A program made the position numbers and the translations under genes. 64,000 bases of DNA from Eutreptiella sp. 'Long Island Sound 2002' (taxonomy: Eukaryota; Protista; Euglenida), in NCBI GenBank assembly GCA_964036045.1, contig OZ038378.1, positions 99,448,001 through 99,512,000 on the forward strand, read 5' to 3'. Below, piece by piece: positions 1 through 11,800 of this stretch; within the stretch, counting starts at the first letter, position 1; each line of letters begins with the position of its first letter. The notes under the pieces are model-generated. The model ran no database searches. It had not been told where the DNA came from and worked only from the letters and a program-made list of their open reading frames with translations.

Positions 1-140
1 AAACACTTGTTTGGGCATCCCAAATGGTCCACGATCCTTTTGCAAAAATGTGTTTTTGACCTATTTTTGGCCCATTTTTGGTCCCAAAACGGCCCATTTT
101 CAAGGCATTTTGGGATTTTCCATTGGGCCCAAACGCGCGA
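1..140 (+). mobile_element. Internal fragment (162-bp subrepeat) of the TA-associated TIR element family seen at 26.6-31.4 kb
   Basis: cacttgtttgggcatcccaaatggtcc...cccattttcaaggcattttgggattttccat closely matches 26930-27060 and 30505-30630. Confidence 0.85.
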
Positions 141-196
141 CTTTCGGACAAGCACCGCATTGTGAAGGGCTGCGGAGGGGGGATGCATAGGGGTAC

Positions 197-352
197 CTGG
201 ATGCCCACACCCTCTTTGATGCCCCGCTCCCGCATGATGAACTTGAACTGGTCGTAGATAACCAGCCCCACCGGCTGCAGCATCGCAGACCGCTGCATGG
301 ACGCCGCCATGCCCCGCCACAACCCCCGCACACCCTCCTCCTGTGCAATCAC
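197..352 (-). CDS. Mitochondrial carrier (SLC25, UCP-like), third visible exon; gene continues beyond the window start
   Basis: Acceptor tttcatcttttgtAG, then VIAQEEGVRGLWRGMAASMQRSAMLQPVGLVIYDQFKFIMRERGIKEGVGIQ (EGxxGLWRG carrier motif). Phase 0 matches the upstream donor. Donor is GTACCC; an alternative GTGTG donor lies 14 nt upstream. Confidence 0.9.
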
Positions 353-1041
353 CTACAAAAGATGAAACATGAATCAGAGTCACACATGCGCTGCGAAAGG
401 AGCAGCACACGTGTTTCGAGCTTTGTGCATCACAGTGCACTGCTTTGTGAATGATGGTGCTCTGCTTCCCATTTCCTTCTGCAGTGTTTCATTCGTCTCT
501 TGGGCAGCGACCTGTGTGTCACGGTGCAGCGCTTCATGTACCACCGTGCGCTTTTTGTATTGCCATGCACTGCTTCGCGAACGCACTGCACCATGATGCA
601 GAAAGCACTGCAGTACGGTCCAAAGAAGACAACACTACACTACAACACACACATTTCACCAATATCCACATTGATTGTTGCCACCATTTGTAGGACACAT
701 GCGGACTATTCCCAGGCGGGGGCAAACCTGGAACAGAGGTCACGAATGACTCGAAAATCAGGGTGTGCTAGACCTTCCGCATGAGGTGGGTAATCACACA
801 CACTTGTGCCATCGTCGTGCTGTGATGCATATCTCTCTGTTCCGTGCTTTGTACATCAAATTGCAGTGGTTTGGTTCGGGTATCACAGCCTAGGACAGCA
901 CAGTGCCATGCCTTTCCCATGATAAGGCTGGCAGCTGGATTGAGCAGTGGATATCACCAGGCACAAGTCGAACTCCCTGTCATGGGCTCACATCTGATTG
1001 CAGAGGACAAGACCAAACCCCAACAGCAGTACCAAGCACAC

Positions 1042-1208
1042 CTGGAATGCATGGCTCGGGCTGTGGTAGCGCGGCGTGAGGCCGAGCCGCAGGTCACCCT
1101 GCATGCGAATCTTGATGACGTCGGCAGGTGTAGAGATGATCTGACCGATGACACCAGCCGACACGCCTGCAGTGATCTTTTTCCAGATTTTGTTGTCAAT
1201 ATCTCCCC
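1042..1208 (-). CDS. Mitochondrial carrier (SLC25, UCP-like), second exon
   Basis: cacacAG|GG GGA GAT... encodes GDIDNKIWKKITAGVSAGVIGQIISTPADVIKIRMQGDLRLGLTPRYHSPSHAFQ, with the PxDxxKxRxQ signature. Donor CAG|GTGTGC. Confidence 0.93.
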
Positions 1209-1229
1209 CTGTGTGATTTGGAGAGGGTG

Positions 1230-1490
1230 GTGTGTGTTTTTGTGCGTGTGTGTGTGTGTGTGTGTGTGTGGGTGTGGGTGTGGGTGTGGGTGTGGGTGTG
1301 GGTGTGGGTGTGGGTGTGGGTGTGGGTGTGGGTGGGCGTGCGTGCGTGCGTGCATGCGTGCGTGCGTGTGTGCGCGTGTGCATGTGCGTGTGCGTGTGCG
1401 TGTGTGTGTGCGTGTTGTGTGCGTGTGTATGTGCGTGTGCGTGTGCATGTGTCTGTGTCTGTGTGTGTGTGTGTCTGTGTGTGTGTGTGT

Positions 1491-1567
<77 letters not shown>

Positions 1568-1592
1568 CATGTGCATGTGTGCATCGCGTGTG
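1230..1592. repeat. Compound microsatellite (GT)n/(GTGTGG)n/(GCGT)n
   Basis: Directly visible. Confidence 0.97.
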
Positions 1593-1999
1593 TCTGCCAA
1601 TTGCCAATTGCCACACTGTGGCAGTTCTTGGATTCCCATGGCAGTGCACTTCCCCCCGCCGCAGTTCAGGGCTTCGGGTTTTTTTTTTAACAAATTGCAA
1701 GTTCAAAAATAAGTACAGGTGCCGGAAGTGCCTGGGTGAGCAAACAGGAATCAGCTCCCAGCTGTTGCCCCATGGTTTCCCTGTAGAGGTTGGATTCAGT
1801 TCGTCTGGATCCCCCACTCGTTGGAGTCCCAGTGTGCCTTCGGGCATTTGTGCAGTGAGCAGAGTGGATGTTCAAACAATGTGGGGTCCCATTCTTCCCT
1901 AGGCTGTTTGTGGTGCAAGAACAAGTTATGGCGCATAGTTTTTGTTGCTGTGCTGTAGTAGTCTAGCATAGTCGGGTTTGTGTCCTGTGATGTGTTTTC

Positions 2000-3100
2000 C
2001 CTCTGCCATGTGTTTTCCCTCAGTATCCACTCGAACTGTTGGAGCAGCAGCTAGTGCACATGTTTGCAGTGTGTTTTTGTGTCTGTCTGCAATAGCATGT
2101 GTGGGCTGTGCACCTACAGTCGGGGCGCAGTGTGTGTTTGGCCATAGTGGCCATGCACGACTTGTTTTGTGTTTTGGCACGTGCGGTGTGTTGCTTCGTA
2201 CAGTGTGTGCAGCCGGTTTTGCAAGTGCCATCGGTGCATTTGGTCTTGGTGTTGGCTGGTTATCAAGACATGATATGCCCGTTTGGCCTCTGCAGCTTGT
2301 GCACATGTCATCTTCCTGCCATTGTGTCTTCTAACAAGCAGGCATACTAGAAGGCCTTAGTGTCCACACCGAGGTGGTTTCTACTATGGTGTTCCTCCAT
2401 GTAAGTATAGTAGCGAGACCAACATGCATTGAAGTCATGCACGAGGCGCGGCCGTTTTGCACATTTTGGTGAACCATTGTACTGCATTGGCTTGCCGTGC
2501 CTCTTGCAACCATGTGTCCACATCGATGTGTGGTTATGTTGCCTGGGATTCTCTTTTCAGTTTGTAACCACGTGTGAGCCACGTCGGCCTGGTAGTTCTA
2601 CCATTGTACCCACTCAGTCCAGAAAAAAAAACGGACCAGGTTGGGGAGAAGGCCATGTGCATCTGCACGGAGCCCCTATGCTATTGACCACAATGTCAGA
2701 AGGTGTTCCTTGGGTGCTCCCAGGCCCCACAACCATGGTTAGGTGTTTGGATATTACGTTTTGGTAGCCAGGGTCACAGTACTTTGGGTTCTTTACTACA
2801 CCCTTGCATGGTTTTGGTGCAGTTTTGACTACTCTTTGGTTGCCCAGGATGATTGTCCCCGTCTTGTGCCATTTCCGAGGTTAGGGCACAAGCCATAGTT
2901 TTTGCACTTACGTAGGAGATACCCCCGCCTGCGTGTCTATGCCGTTTGGAGCCATCGGTACACCACCGTGTGGTGGTTGGCTCACATGTGTAGTGGATGG
3001 TTACCCTGAGTATGGCTTGCTATTGGGGACTTCGGATGCGGCTTGGTGTGTTTCATCTTGTGTGGGTTCATCTGGTGGCAGGGAAGCCATAAACACCCGT
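2000..3100 (-). pseudogene. Decayed retroelement remnant with an RNase H-like N-terminal motif and a possible degenerate zinc knuckle
   Basis: Minus frame RWCTDGSKRHRHAGGGISY near 2900-2965 fits the RNase H xTDGS...G.G motif. GCGAWEHPRNTF*HC lies near 2690-2740. Many stops and frameshifts. Confidence 0.5.
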
Positions 3101-3454
3101 CAACAAGGGTCTTGACGGGTTGACGGGCACATCCATGAAAGCTAGCGAAGTTTTTTTTGTTTTTTCTTTATTTTTTTGGTTTCATTTGGCACATACCAAT
3201 GGCAAAAGCCTTTTGAGGTTATTTGATAGAAAACTTGGGGTGGGGCGGGGGGGCGGCTTGACTCCACTTTGAAGGTTTCATACATATTGTGGCATGCTTT
3301 CTATTTTGGTGTTGTTACTTTATTGAGAAACCTTGTTCATTGCTGCACGTTGTGTAATTGTTGTTATTGTTCATCGTTTTTTTTGTTTGCCCGTTGTCAT
3401 TCATTTCCTGCATGGTCTTCTATTATGTTATTTCTTGATGCACTCTACATCAAG

Positions 3455-3910
3455 AATGGTTGTTGTTGCATGGTTCTTTTTACTTCCCATTGGCTCTCCA
3501 TGGTTGCTGTTATTCCCTGCTGCGCTTAGGATGGTTGCTGTTATTTCCTGAGAACATGTGGACGGTTGTTGGTTTTTCCTGATTACTCTGGATGGTTGTT
3601 GGTATTTCTTGGTGGGCTCTAGATGGTTGTTGTTATTTCCTAATGGGCTCTGCATGGTTGCTTATTTCCTAACGGGCTCTGAATGGTTGTTGTTAGTAGC
3701 TGTTGCGCTGCGGATGGCTGCCGTAATTTCCTAAAGGGCTCTAGATGGTTGTGGCTATTTCCCGATGGGCTCTGAATGGTTGTTGTTATTTCCTAATGGC
3801 CTGTGGGTGGCTGCTGTAATTTCCTGATGGGCTCTGGGTGGATGTTGTTATTTGCTGTTGAGCTTTGGATGGTTGCTGTTATTACTTCGTGGGCGTTGAA
3901 TGGTTGCTAT
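3455..3910. repeat. Diverged ~31-bp tandem repeat, ~14 copies
   Basis: Unit about atggttgttgttatttcctaatgggctctag. Confidence 0.9.
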
Positions 3911-4238
3911 GCAGCTCTCAATAGCCTCAGCTTCGATGCATCAGATCGGAGCGGCAATTGCATGCGCAACAATTACGAACGAGCCTTTGGAATGGTAGGA
4001 AGGTGTAACCGTACCGCCAGCTAGCTGTAGGGCCTTAACAACCGCAAGTATGTGGGCAGGTGGGCTGCCACGCTTCGCCATGCAATATACCAAGTGGAAT
4101 AGGCCAGCAATGGCACTGGCGATGCGGCTATAACAATAGTAGAGGCACCGCCACCTTCCCACAATGCCAAGGACTTGCAATGAACGCCGCAGTTCGCATG
4201 GTCTATCACTGTTTGGATGAACGACTGTGCATTGCCAA

Positions 4239-4673
4239 TCAGCCAGGTTTAAGGCACACTAGGTTGGGGGTACTCTTTGCATGCCAGGCACCACATAACA
4301 CCCTTTGTGTACTACAACCATGGGCGGCCAACCTGCCATTGGGGTTTGAAATAGCGCTTGAACTTCTTGTAGGGCTGATGTGAGACCACTTCGGCCGGGG
4401 AGTGCATGTTTTGCACACCACTTCCACACGAAAGGCCACATGCACTACACATGTGGTATGCACTCCGTGAATGCATGTCTTGCATGACCGCATGCCCCCC
4501 TTGGGAGGTTCATCGCACACATGGCACACACATTTGAAGCAGCGGCCACACTGCATGCACAAGGCGTGCACCTTGCAGGTACAATTGGTGCATGTGGTGA
4601 TGTCCCCGTGCACTTTGTCGCCACAACAAGCACATGTGGGTAGCAGAGATGTCGGGCTGAAGAAGAACAACAT
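4239..4673 (-). pseudogene. ORF fragment with two tandem PHD-type zinc fingers
   Basis: CACCGDKVHGDITTCTNCTCKVHALC..C and CHVCDEPPKGGMRSCKTCIHGVHTTC(x11)CKTC show C4HC3 spacing. Frameshifted relative to the upstream ORF 4445-4921. Confidence 0.65.
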
Positions 4674-7600
4674 CGCTGCCGGTGAAAGCGAGAGGCGGAG
4701 GCCGTGGGGGATGGAAGGGTCGGCCTTGGGATCGTCAAAGGAGAACTCCCGACCCTTGGCCGTGCCGCCTTTGTTAGCAGCCTAGGTGACCTGAGTATGA
4801 AAATTGTTTCCGTGCCATTGGTCTTCAAGTGAGTGAGCGCATCGGCAACGGAGTTTAGGCGCACCCATTTGCCCGCATCTGCGCGCCGTATCCAAAGTGG
4901 ACAAATAAGAAGGGGGTACAATGAGAGAGAAAGAGGTGATGATTACAGTAGTCTTGCAATGGGCACCACCCCTTGACAACCTTTCCTCTAGGCCCTAAAA
5001 CCCACACCCCTGATGAAGTATCCCGGCGCCGTCCCCGTTCCCCTTTGGCAAACGGAATCCTCAACCCAAGAGCCTTCATTCCTTGAGCCCTTGAAGAACC
5101 ATGCCACAACCCTTATCCCCAACTTTTGCTCAAGAAGATTGCCACAACCCTGGACCCCTCTTCATGCCTTGAGAGCCCTCTAAATGACTATCTGCACAAC
5201 CCTGTTGCAGCCATGACCCGACAGCTCGAGTTAACCAGCAACCCCGCACCCTTGCCAATGCATTTGATAGGCATGCTCGTTGGAGTTCCTTTAGTGCTGT
5301 CTTTTGGGTGCTATTCTCTCGGTTGCTCCATTAGTTCTATCTATTTGGACACCACTTCCATTGTTTGTTGTCCCCATGCAACGAGGATGCTTGCAACTCA
5401 TGCAAACCCTTCTACATAAGTTGTGCCGCAGACAAGGTAAAACATACATTTTGTGTGACAAAAAGGGTGCAATGATGGGCAACAAGAGGTGCAATACACA
5501 TATACCTGTAGAAAACATCCAAACAACACAAAAAAGCAGAAAAAAATAGAAAAACAGCACAAATGGGGCGAAAACAGCAAACCAAACAAAATAAACGAAA
5601 AAACACGTTTATTTTCATTTGACCCGCTGACGGGACGGGCAATTATGTGTAGCCTGTCTAGTGGTGGCTTATAGTATCGTAGTCGGTGTGTAGCAAGTTC
5701 TATCCATTGTGCAAGATGCTGGGTCCTTCCCCAAGCTCTCACAATCTAATGACCCGTCACACAAGCGTCAGTGAACTTTGGAAAAGGAGATGCGGTGTCC
5801 TACCTTGCCGGTGAGGGGTCGCACGGCGTCATGGTATTTATATTGCCAAGCAGTCAATTGGTGGTTGATTTGGCCCTCCTTACGTGATTCATTTGTCCAA
5901 GTGTGACCACCATGTGATGAAGGACAACACAAATGCTCCAAGCCTAGGCCGCCCTCCAGCACATCACTCATGATGCAGCGTGCCTTCATCCTCGTTTCGA
6001 TGATAGTGTCTCTCTGGTATTGTAACATGATGCCATCCCAATGTGCCATGTGTTGTGGATTGCCTAGGAACAGTCCCGAAAAATACATCTCGGGATGAGT
6101 ACCGTGTTCATGACGATCGTCTCCTCAAAACAATTCAGTGATAGGGTCTTGTATGCGGAGAGATCATGTCGGGGCTTTGGAGTTAGGCCGCCATCATTCT
6201 CCACGTGTTGTCTTGGTATGTGGGCCGGGCGAGCGTGTGGGGAAGAGGTTAGGACGCATGGCTTTACCGTGAGGTCTTGGCGCTATTAGGAGATCGTTCC
6301 AGGCGCGGAGTGCTAGCCCCATCGGTAGTAGTCAGTTGGTGGTTCATTTGGCTCTCCTTACGTGCATAATTTGTCCTAGTATGAACCACCATGTGATGAA
6401 GGACAACACAAATGCTCCAAGCCTACACCGCCCTCTTGCACATCCGTGATGATGCCGCATTGCTTCATCCTAGTTTCGATGCCAAGGTGTCTCGCTAGTA
6501 TTGTAACATGATGCCATCCCATTGCGCCATGTGTTGTTGATTGCCTATGAACAATCCCTATAAATACACCTCGGGATGAGTACCGAGTTCATGACGGTCG
6601 TCTTCTCAAAGCAATTCACTGATGGGGTTTTGTATGCAGAGAGATCATGTCAGGGCTTTGAACTTGGGCCGTCACCATTTTCCACGTGTTTCCTTTGTAC
6701 GTGGGCTCGGCGAGTATGTGGGGAAATAGGTTGGGACACGTGGTTTTGCTCTAAGGTCTTGGCCCTACTAGGAGATGGCTCCGGGCTCATAGTGCAGGCC
6801 CCATCGTCGGCAGTCAGTTGGTGGTTGAGTTGGCCCTCCTTACGTGCATCATTTGTCCTAATACGACCCACCATGTGATGAAGGAGAACACAAACGCTGG
6901 AACCCTAGAACCCGCCTGCACATCTGTCATGATGTATTGTTGGTTCATCATCGTTTCGATGCCAGGGTGGCTCTGTAGTATTGTAACATGATGCCATTCC
7001 ATTGCAATGTGCGTTGTTGATTCCCCAAAAATAGTCTCCATAAATCCATCTGGGGATGAGTACCGTGTTCATGACAGTCGTCTTCTCAAAGCAATTCACC
7101 GATAGGGTCTTATATCCGGACAGATCATGTCAGGCTATTGGAGTTGGGCCGTCACCATTTTCCGCATTTGGCTTTGAATGTGGGCTGGGCAATTACATTG
7201 GGAAATAGGTTAGGACACGTGCTTTGAATGTAAGGTCTTGGTCCTACGAAGGAGATGGCTCTGGGCGCGTAGTGGTGGCTCCATCGGTGGCAGTCAGTTG
7301 GTGGTTGATTTGGACCTCCCTACCTGCATCTTTTGTCCTGGTGTGACCCGCGATATGATGAAGGACAACAAACATGCTCCAAGCCTAGGCCGCCCTGCTA
7401 CACATCCATCATGATGTAGTGTTGCTTCATCCGGGTTTCGATAACAGGGTGTCTCGCTAGTATGGTAACATGATGCCATTCCATTGCACCATGCGTTTTC
7501 GATTGCCCAGGAACAGTCCCTACAAATCAATCTCGGGATGACTACCATGTTCATCACGTTTGTCTTCTCACAGCAATTCATTGATAGGGTGTGGTATGCG

Positions 7601-8849
7601 GACACATCATGTCAGGCCTTTCGAGTTGGGCTATCAACATTTTCCGCGTGATGTGTTCGGATGTTGGCTGAGCGAGTATGTGGGGAAATAGGTTAGGACA
7701 CGTGGTTTTATTGTAAGGACTGGCCCCTACAAGGAGATTGTTCCGAGCACGTAGTGCTGGCCCCATCGGTGGCAATCAGTTGGTCGTTCATTTGGACCTC
7801 CTTAATTTGATCAAGACGGTCGTCCTCTCAAAGCAATTCCGTGATAGGGTCTTGTATGGGGACAAATGATGCCAAGCCTTTGGAGTTGGGCCGTCACCAT
7901 TTTCCACCTGCTGTCTTTGTATGTGGGCTGGCCGAGTATGTGGGGAAATAGGTTGGGACACACGGTTTTACCGTGAGGTTTTGCCGTTTTGCCCCTACCA
8001 CAAGATGGTTCCAAGCGCGTAGTATTGGCCGCATCGGTGGCAGTGAGGAGGTTGATTTGGCCCTCCTTACGTGCATCATTTGTACTAATGTCACCCACCA
8101 TGTAATGAAGGACAACACAAATGCTCCAAGCCTAGGCCGCCCTCCGGCACATCTGTCATGATGCACTGTTGCTTCATCATGGTTTCGATACCAGGGTGTC
8201 TCTCTAGTATTGCAACATGGTGCTATCCCATTGCGCCATGCAAAGTCAATTGCCTAGGAACATTCCCTATATATCCATCTCGGGATGAGTACCATGTTCA
8301 AGACGGTCGTCTTCTCAAAACGATTCCGTGATAGGGTCTTCGATGCGAACAGATGATGTCAAGCCTTTGGAGTTGGGCCTTAACAATTTTCCTCGTGCTG
8401 TCTTTGTACCTGGGCTGGGCAAGTATGTGGGAATATATGTTGCGACAAGTTGTTTTTACCGTAAGGTGTGGGCCCTACTACGAGATGGTTCCGGGCGCGT
8501 AGTGCTGGCCCATTGGTGACGGTCCGTTGGTGGTTGATTTGGCCCTCCTTACGTGCATCTTTTGCCCTAGTATGATCCACCATGTTGTCAACGACAACGC
8601 ACATGCTCCAAGCCTAGCCCCCCGTCGTGCAGATCCGTCATGATGCACTCCTGCTTCATCATAGTTTCCATAGCAGGGTTTCTCTCTAGTATTGTAACAT
8701 GATGCCATCCCATTGCGTTGTGCGTTGTTGATTGCCCAGGAACAATCCCTATAAATCCATCTAGGGATGAGCACCGAGTTCATGATGGTTGTCTTCTCAA
8801 AGCAATTTAGTGATGGGGTCTTGCATGCGAAGGGGTGATGCCAAACCTT

Positions 8850-11800
8850 TGGAACTGGGCCTTGACAATTTTCCGCATGTTGTCTTTGTATGTTGGCTGG
8901 GCCAGTATGTGGCGAAATGGGTAAGGAAACCTGGTTTTACTGTAAGGTCTTGGCCCTACCACGTGATGGTTCCGAGCTAATAGTGCTGGCCCCATCGGTG
9001 GCAATCAGTTGGTGGTTCATTTGGACCTCCTTACCTGCATCTTTTGTCCTCCTACCACCCACCATGTGATGAAGGGGAACAAAAAAGCCCCAAGCCTAGG
9101 CCGCCCTCCTGCACATGCGTCATGGATGGAGTGTTGCTTCATCATGGTTTCAATACCGGGGGTTCTCTCTAGCATTGTAACGTGATGCTATCCCATTGCA
9201 CCAAACATTGTCCATTGTGTAGGAGAAGTTCCTATAAATCCATCTCAGGATAAGTACCTTTTTCATGACGGTTGTCTTCTCAAAGCAATTCACTCATAGG
9301 GTCCGTGTATGCCGAGAAATCATGTTAGGCCGTTGGACACATGTTACCGTGGTGCTCGTCCTTCATCCTACATTTTTGGGTACATTAAAACCAGGGAATT
9401 TGCCTACAATATTTTCAAAATTACCTGCAAAAATTGCGTGTCATTTTCCCCGGAATCTGCCTTGCGGCGGTGCTTGCTGCCATTCCAGTAAAAACGTACC
9501 CATAGCCTACACGAACTGCAGGTATTTTTACAGGCACATTTGCCGGGTCATCCTGAAGGCAAAGCCTACACGAACTGCAGGCAATTTCACAGGCACATTT
9601 GACGGGTCATCCCGAAGGCAAAGGGTACACGAACTGCAGGTAATTTGATAGGCACATTTGACGCGTTATCCTGAAGCCAAAGCCTACACGAACTGCAGGC
9701 AATTTCACAGGCATTATGGCATGGGAACGTCCTTAAACTTACAGGTACAGGTTTCCAGCAACGAGCATGCATAATCGTGGGTTTTGAACGTGTGCAAATG
9801 CACCTAGGGTACACGGGTGATTTTCAAACCTACGGAAGCAAGAAAGCATGGTATGAAAATTATGTAGGACGAGCACTACGGTGACATGTGACTTGGGCCG
9901 TCACCATCTTCCGCGTGTCGTCTTTGTATGTTGGCTAGGCGAGTATGTGGGAAAATAGTTTAGGACACGTGGTTTTGCTGTGTGGTCCTGGCCCTACAAG
10001 GAGATGGTTCCGACCGCATAGTGCCAGACCCATAGGTAGCGGTCAGTTGGTGGTTGATTTGGCCCTCCTTACGTGCACCAGTCGTACTATTACGACCCAC
10101 CATGTGATGAAGAACAACACAAATGCTCCAAGCCTAGGCCGCCCTCCTAGAGATCCGTCATGATGCAGTATTGCTTCATCATGGTTTCGATGTTGGGGTG
10201 TCTCTCTAGTATTGTAACTTCAGGCGATCCCATTGTGTTGTGCGTTGTTGAATGCCCAGGAACGATCCCTATAAATCCATCTCGGGATGAGTACCGAATT
10301 CATGATGGTTGTCTTCTCAATGCAATTTAGCGATAGGGTCTTGCATGCGGAGGGGGGATGTCAAACCTTTGGAAGTAGGCCTTCACCAATTTTCGCAAGT
10401 TGTCTTCGTATGTTGGCTGGGCGAGTATGTGGCGAAATGGGTTAGGAAACCTAGTTTTACTGTAAGGTCTTCGCCCTACCAGGTGATGGTTCCGAGAGCA
10501 TAGTGCTGACCCCATCGGTGGCAATCAGTTGGTGGTTCATTTGGACCCCCTTACCTGCATCTTTTGTCCTGCTACCACCCACCATGTGATGAAGGGGAAC
10601 AAAAAAGCTCCAAGCCTAGGCCGCCCTCCTGCACATGCGTCATGATGGAGTGTTGCTTCATCATGGTTTGGATACCAGGGGTTCTCTCTAGCATTGTAAC
10701 GTGATGCTATCCCATTGCACCAAGCATTGTCCATTGTGTAGGAGAAGTCCTTGTAAATCCATCTCGGGATAGGTACCTTTTTCACGACGGTTGTCTTCTC
10801 AAAGCAATTCACTCATAGGGTCCTTGTATGCCGAGAAATCATGTTAGGCCGTTGGACACATGTTACCGTGGTGCTCGTCCTTCATCCTACATATTTGGGT
10901 ACATGAAAACGACGAAATTTGCCTGCAATATTTTCAAAATTACCTGCAAAAATTGCGTGTCGTTTTCCCCGGAATCTGCCTTGCGGTGGTGCTTGCTGCC
11001 ACTCCAATAAAAACGCACCCATAGCCTACACCAACTGCACGTATTTTTATAGGCACATTTGCCGGGTCATCCTGAAGGCAAAGGGTACACCAACTGCGGG
11101 TAATTTTATAGGCACATTTGACGGGTCATCCTGAAGCCAACGCCTACACGAACTGCAGGCAATTTCACAGGCATTATGGCATGGGAACGTCCTGAAACTT
11201 ACGGGTGCAAGTTTCCGGCAACGAGCATGCATAATTGTGGGTTTTTAACGTGTGCAAATGCACCTAGGGTACACGGGTGATTTTCAAACCTACGGAAGCA
11301 AGAAAGCATGGTATGAAAATTATGTAGGACGAGCACTACGGTGACATGTGACTTGGGCCGTCACCATTTTCCGCGTGTCGTCTTTGTATGTTGGCTGGGC
11401 GAGTATGTGGGAAAATAGTTTAGGACACGTGGTTTTGCTGTGTGGTCTTGGCCCTACAAGGAGATGGTTGAGAGCGCGCAGTGCCAGCCCCATAGGTAGC
11501 GGTCAGTTGGTGGTTGATTTGGCCCTCCTTACGTGCACCATTTGTACTATTACGACCCACCATGTGATGAAGGACAACACAACTGCTTCAAGCCTAGGCC
11601 GCCCTCCTAGAGATCCGTCATGATGTAGTATTGATTCATCCTGGTTTCGATGTTGGGGTGTCTCTCTAGTATTGTAATTTCATGCGACCCCATTGTGTTG
11701 TGCGTTGTTGAATGCCCAGGGACGATCCCTATAAGTCCATCTCGGGATGAGTACCGAATTCATGATGGTTGTCCTCTCAAAGTAATTTAGCGATAGGGTC

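Noticed and set aside
100-348. Listed ORF MHRRRVC...
   Set aside because: Wrong frame; the carrier exon at 197-352 is in another frame.
844-1902. Long Cys/Val- or His/Thr-rich ORFs
   Set aside because: Translations of the GT microsatellite; only 1042-1208 is a real exon.
1620-1960. Possible extra carrier exon
   Set aside because: No carrier motifs, and exons 1 and 2 already join with normal spacing.
5250-5400. Possible HNH endonuclease motif upstream of the PHD ORF
   Set aside because: Requires reading through two stops, and alternative frames look equally protein-like.
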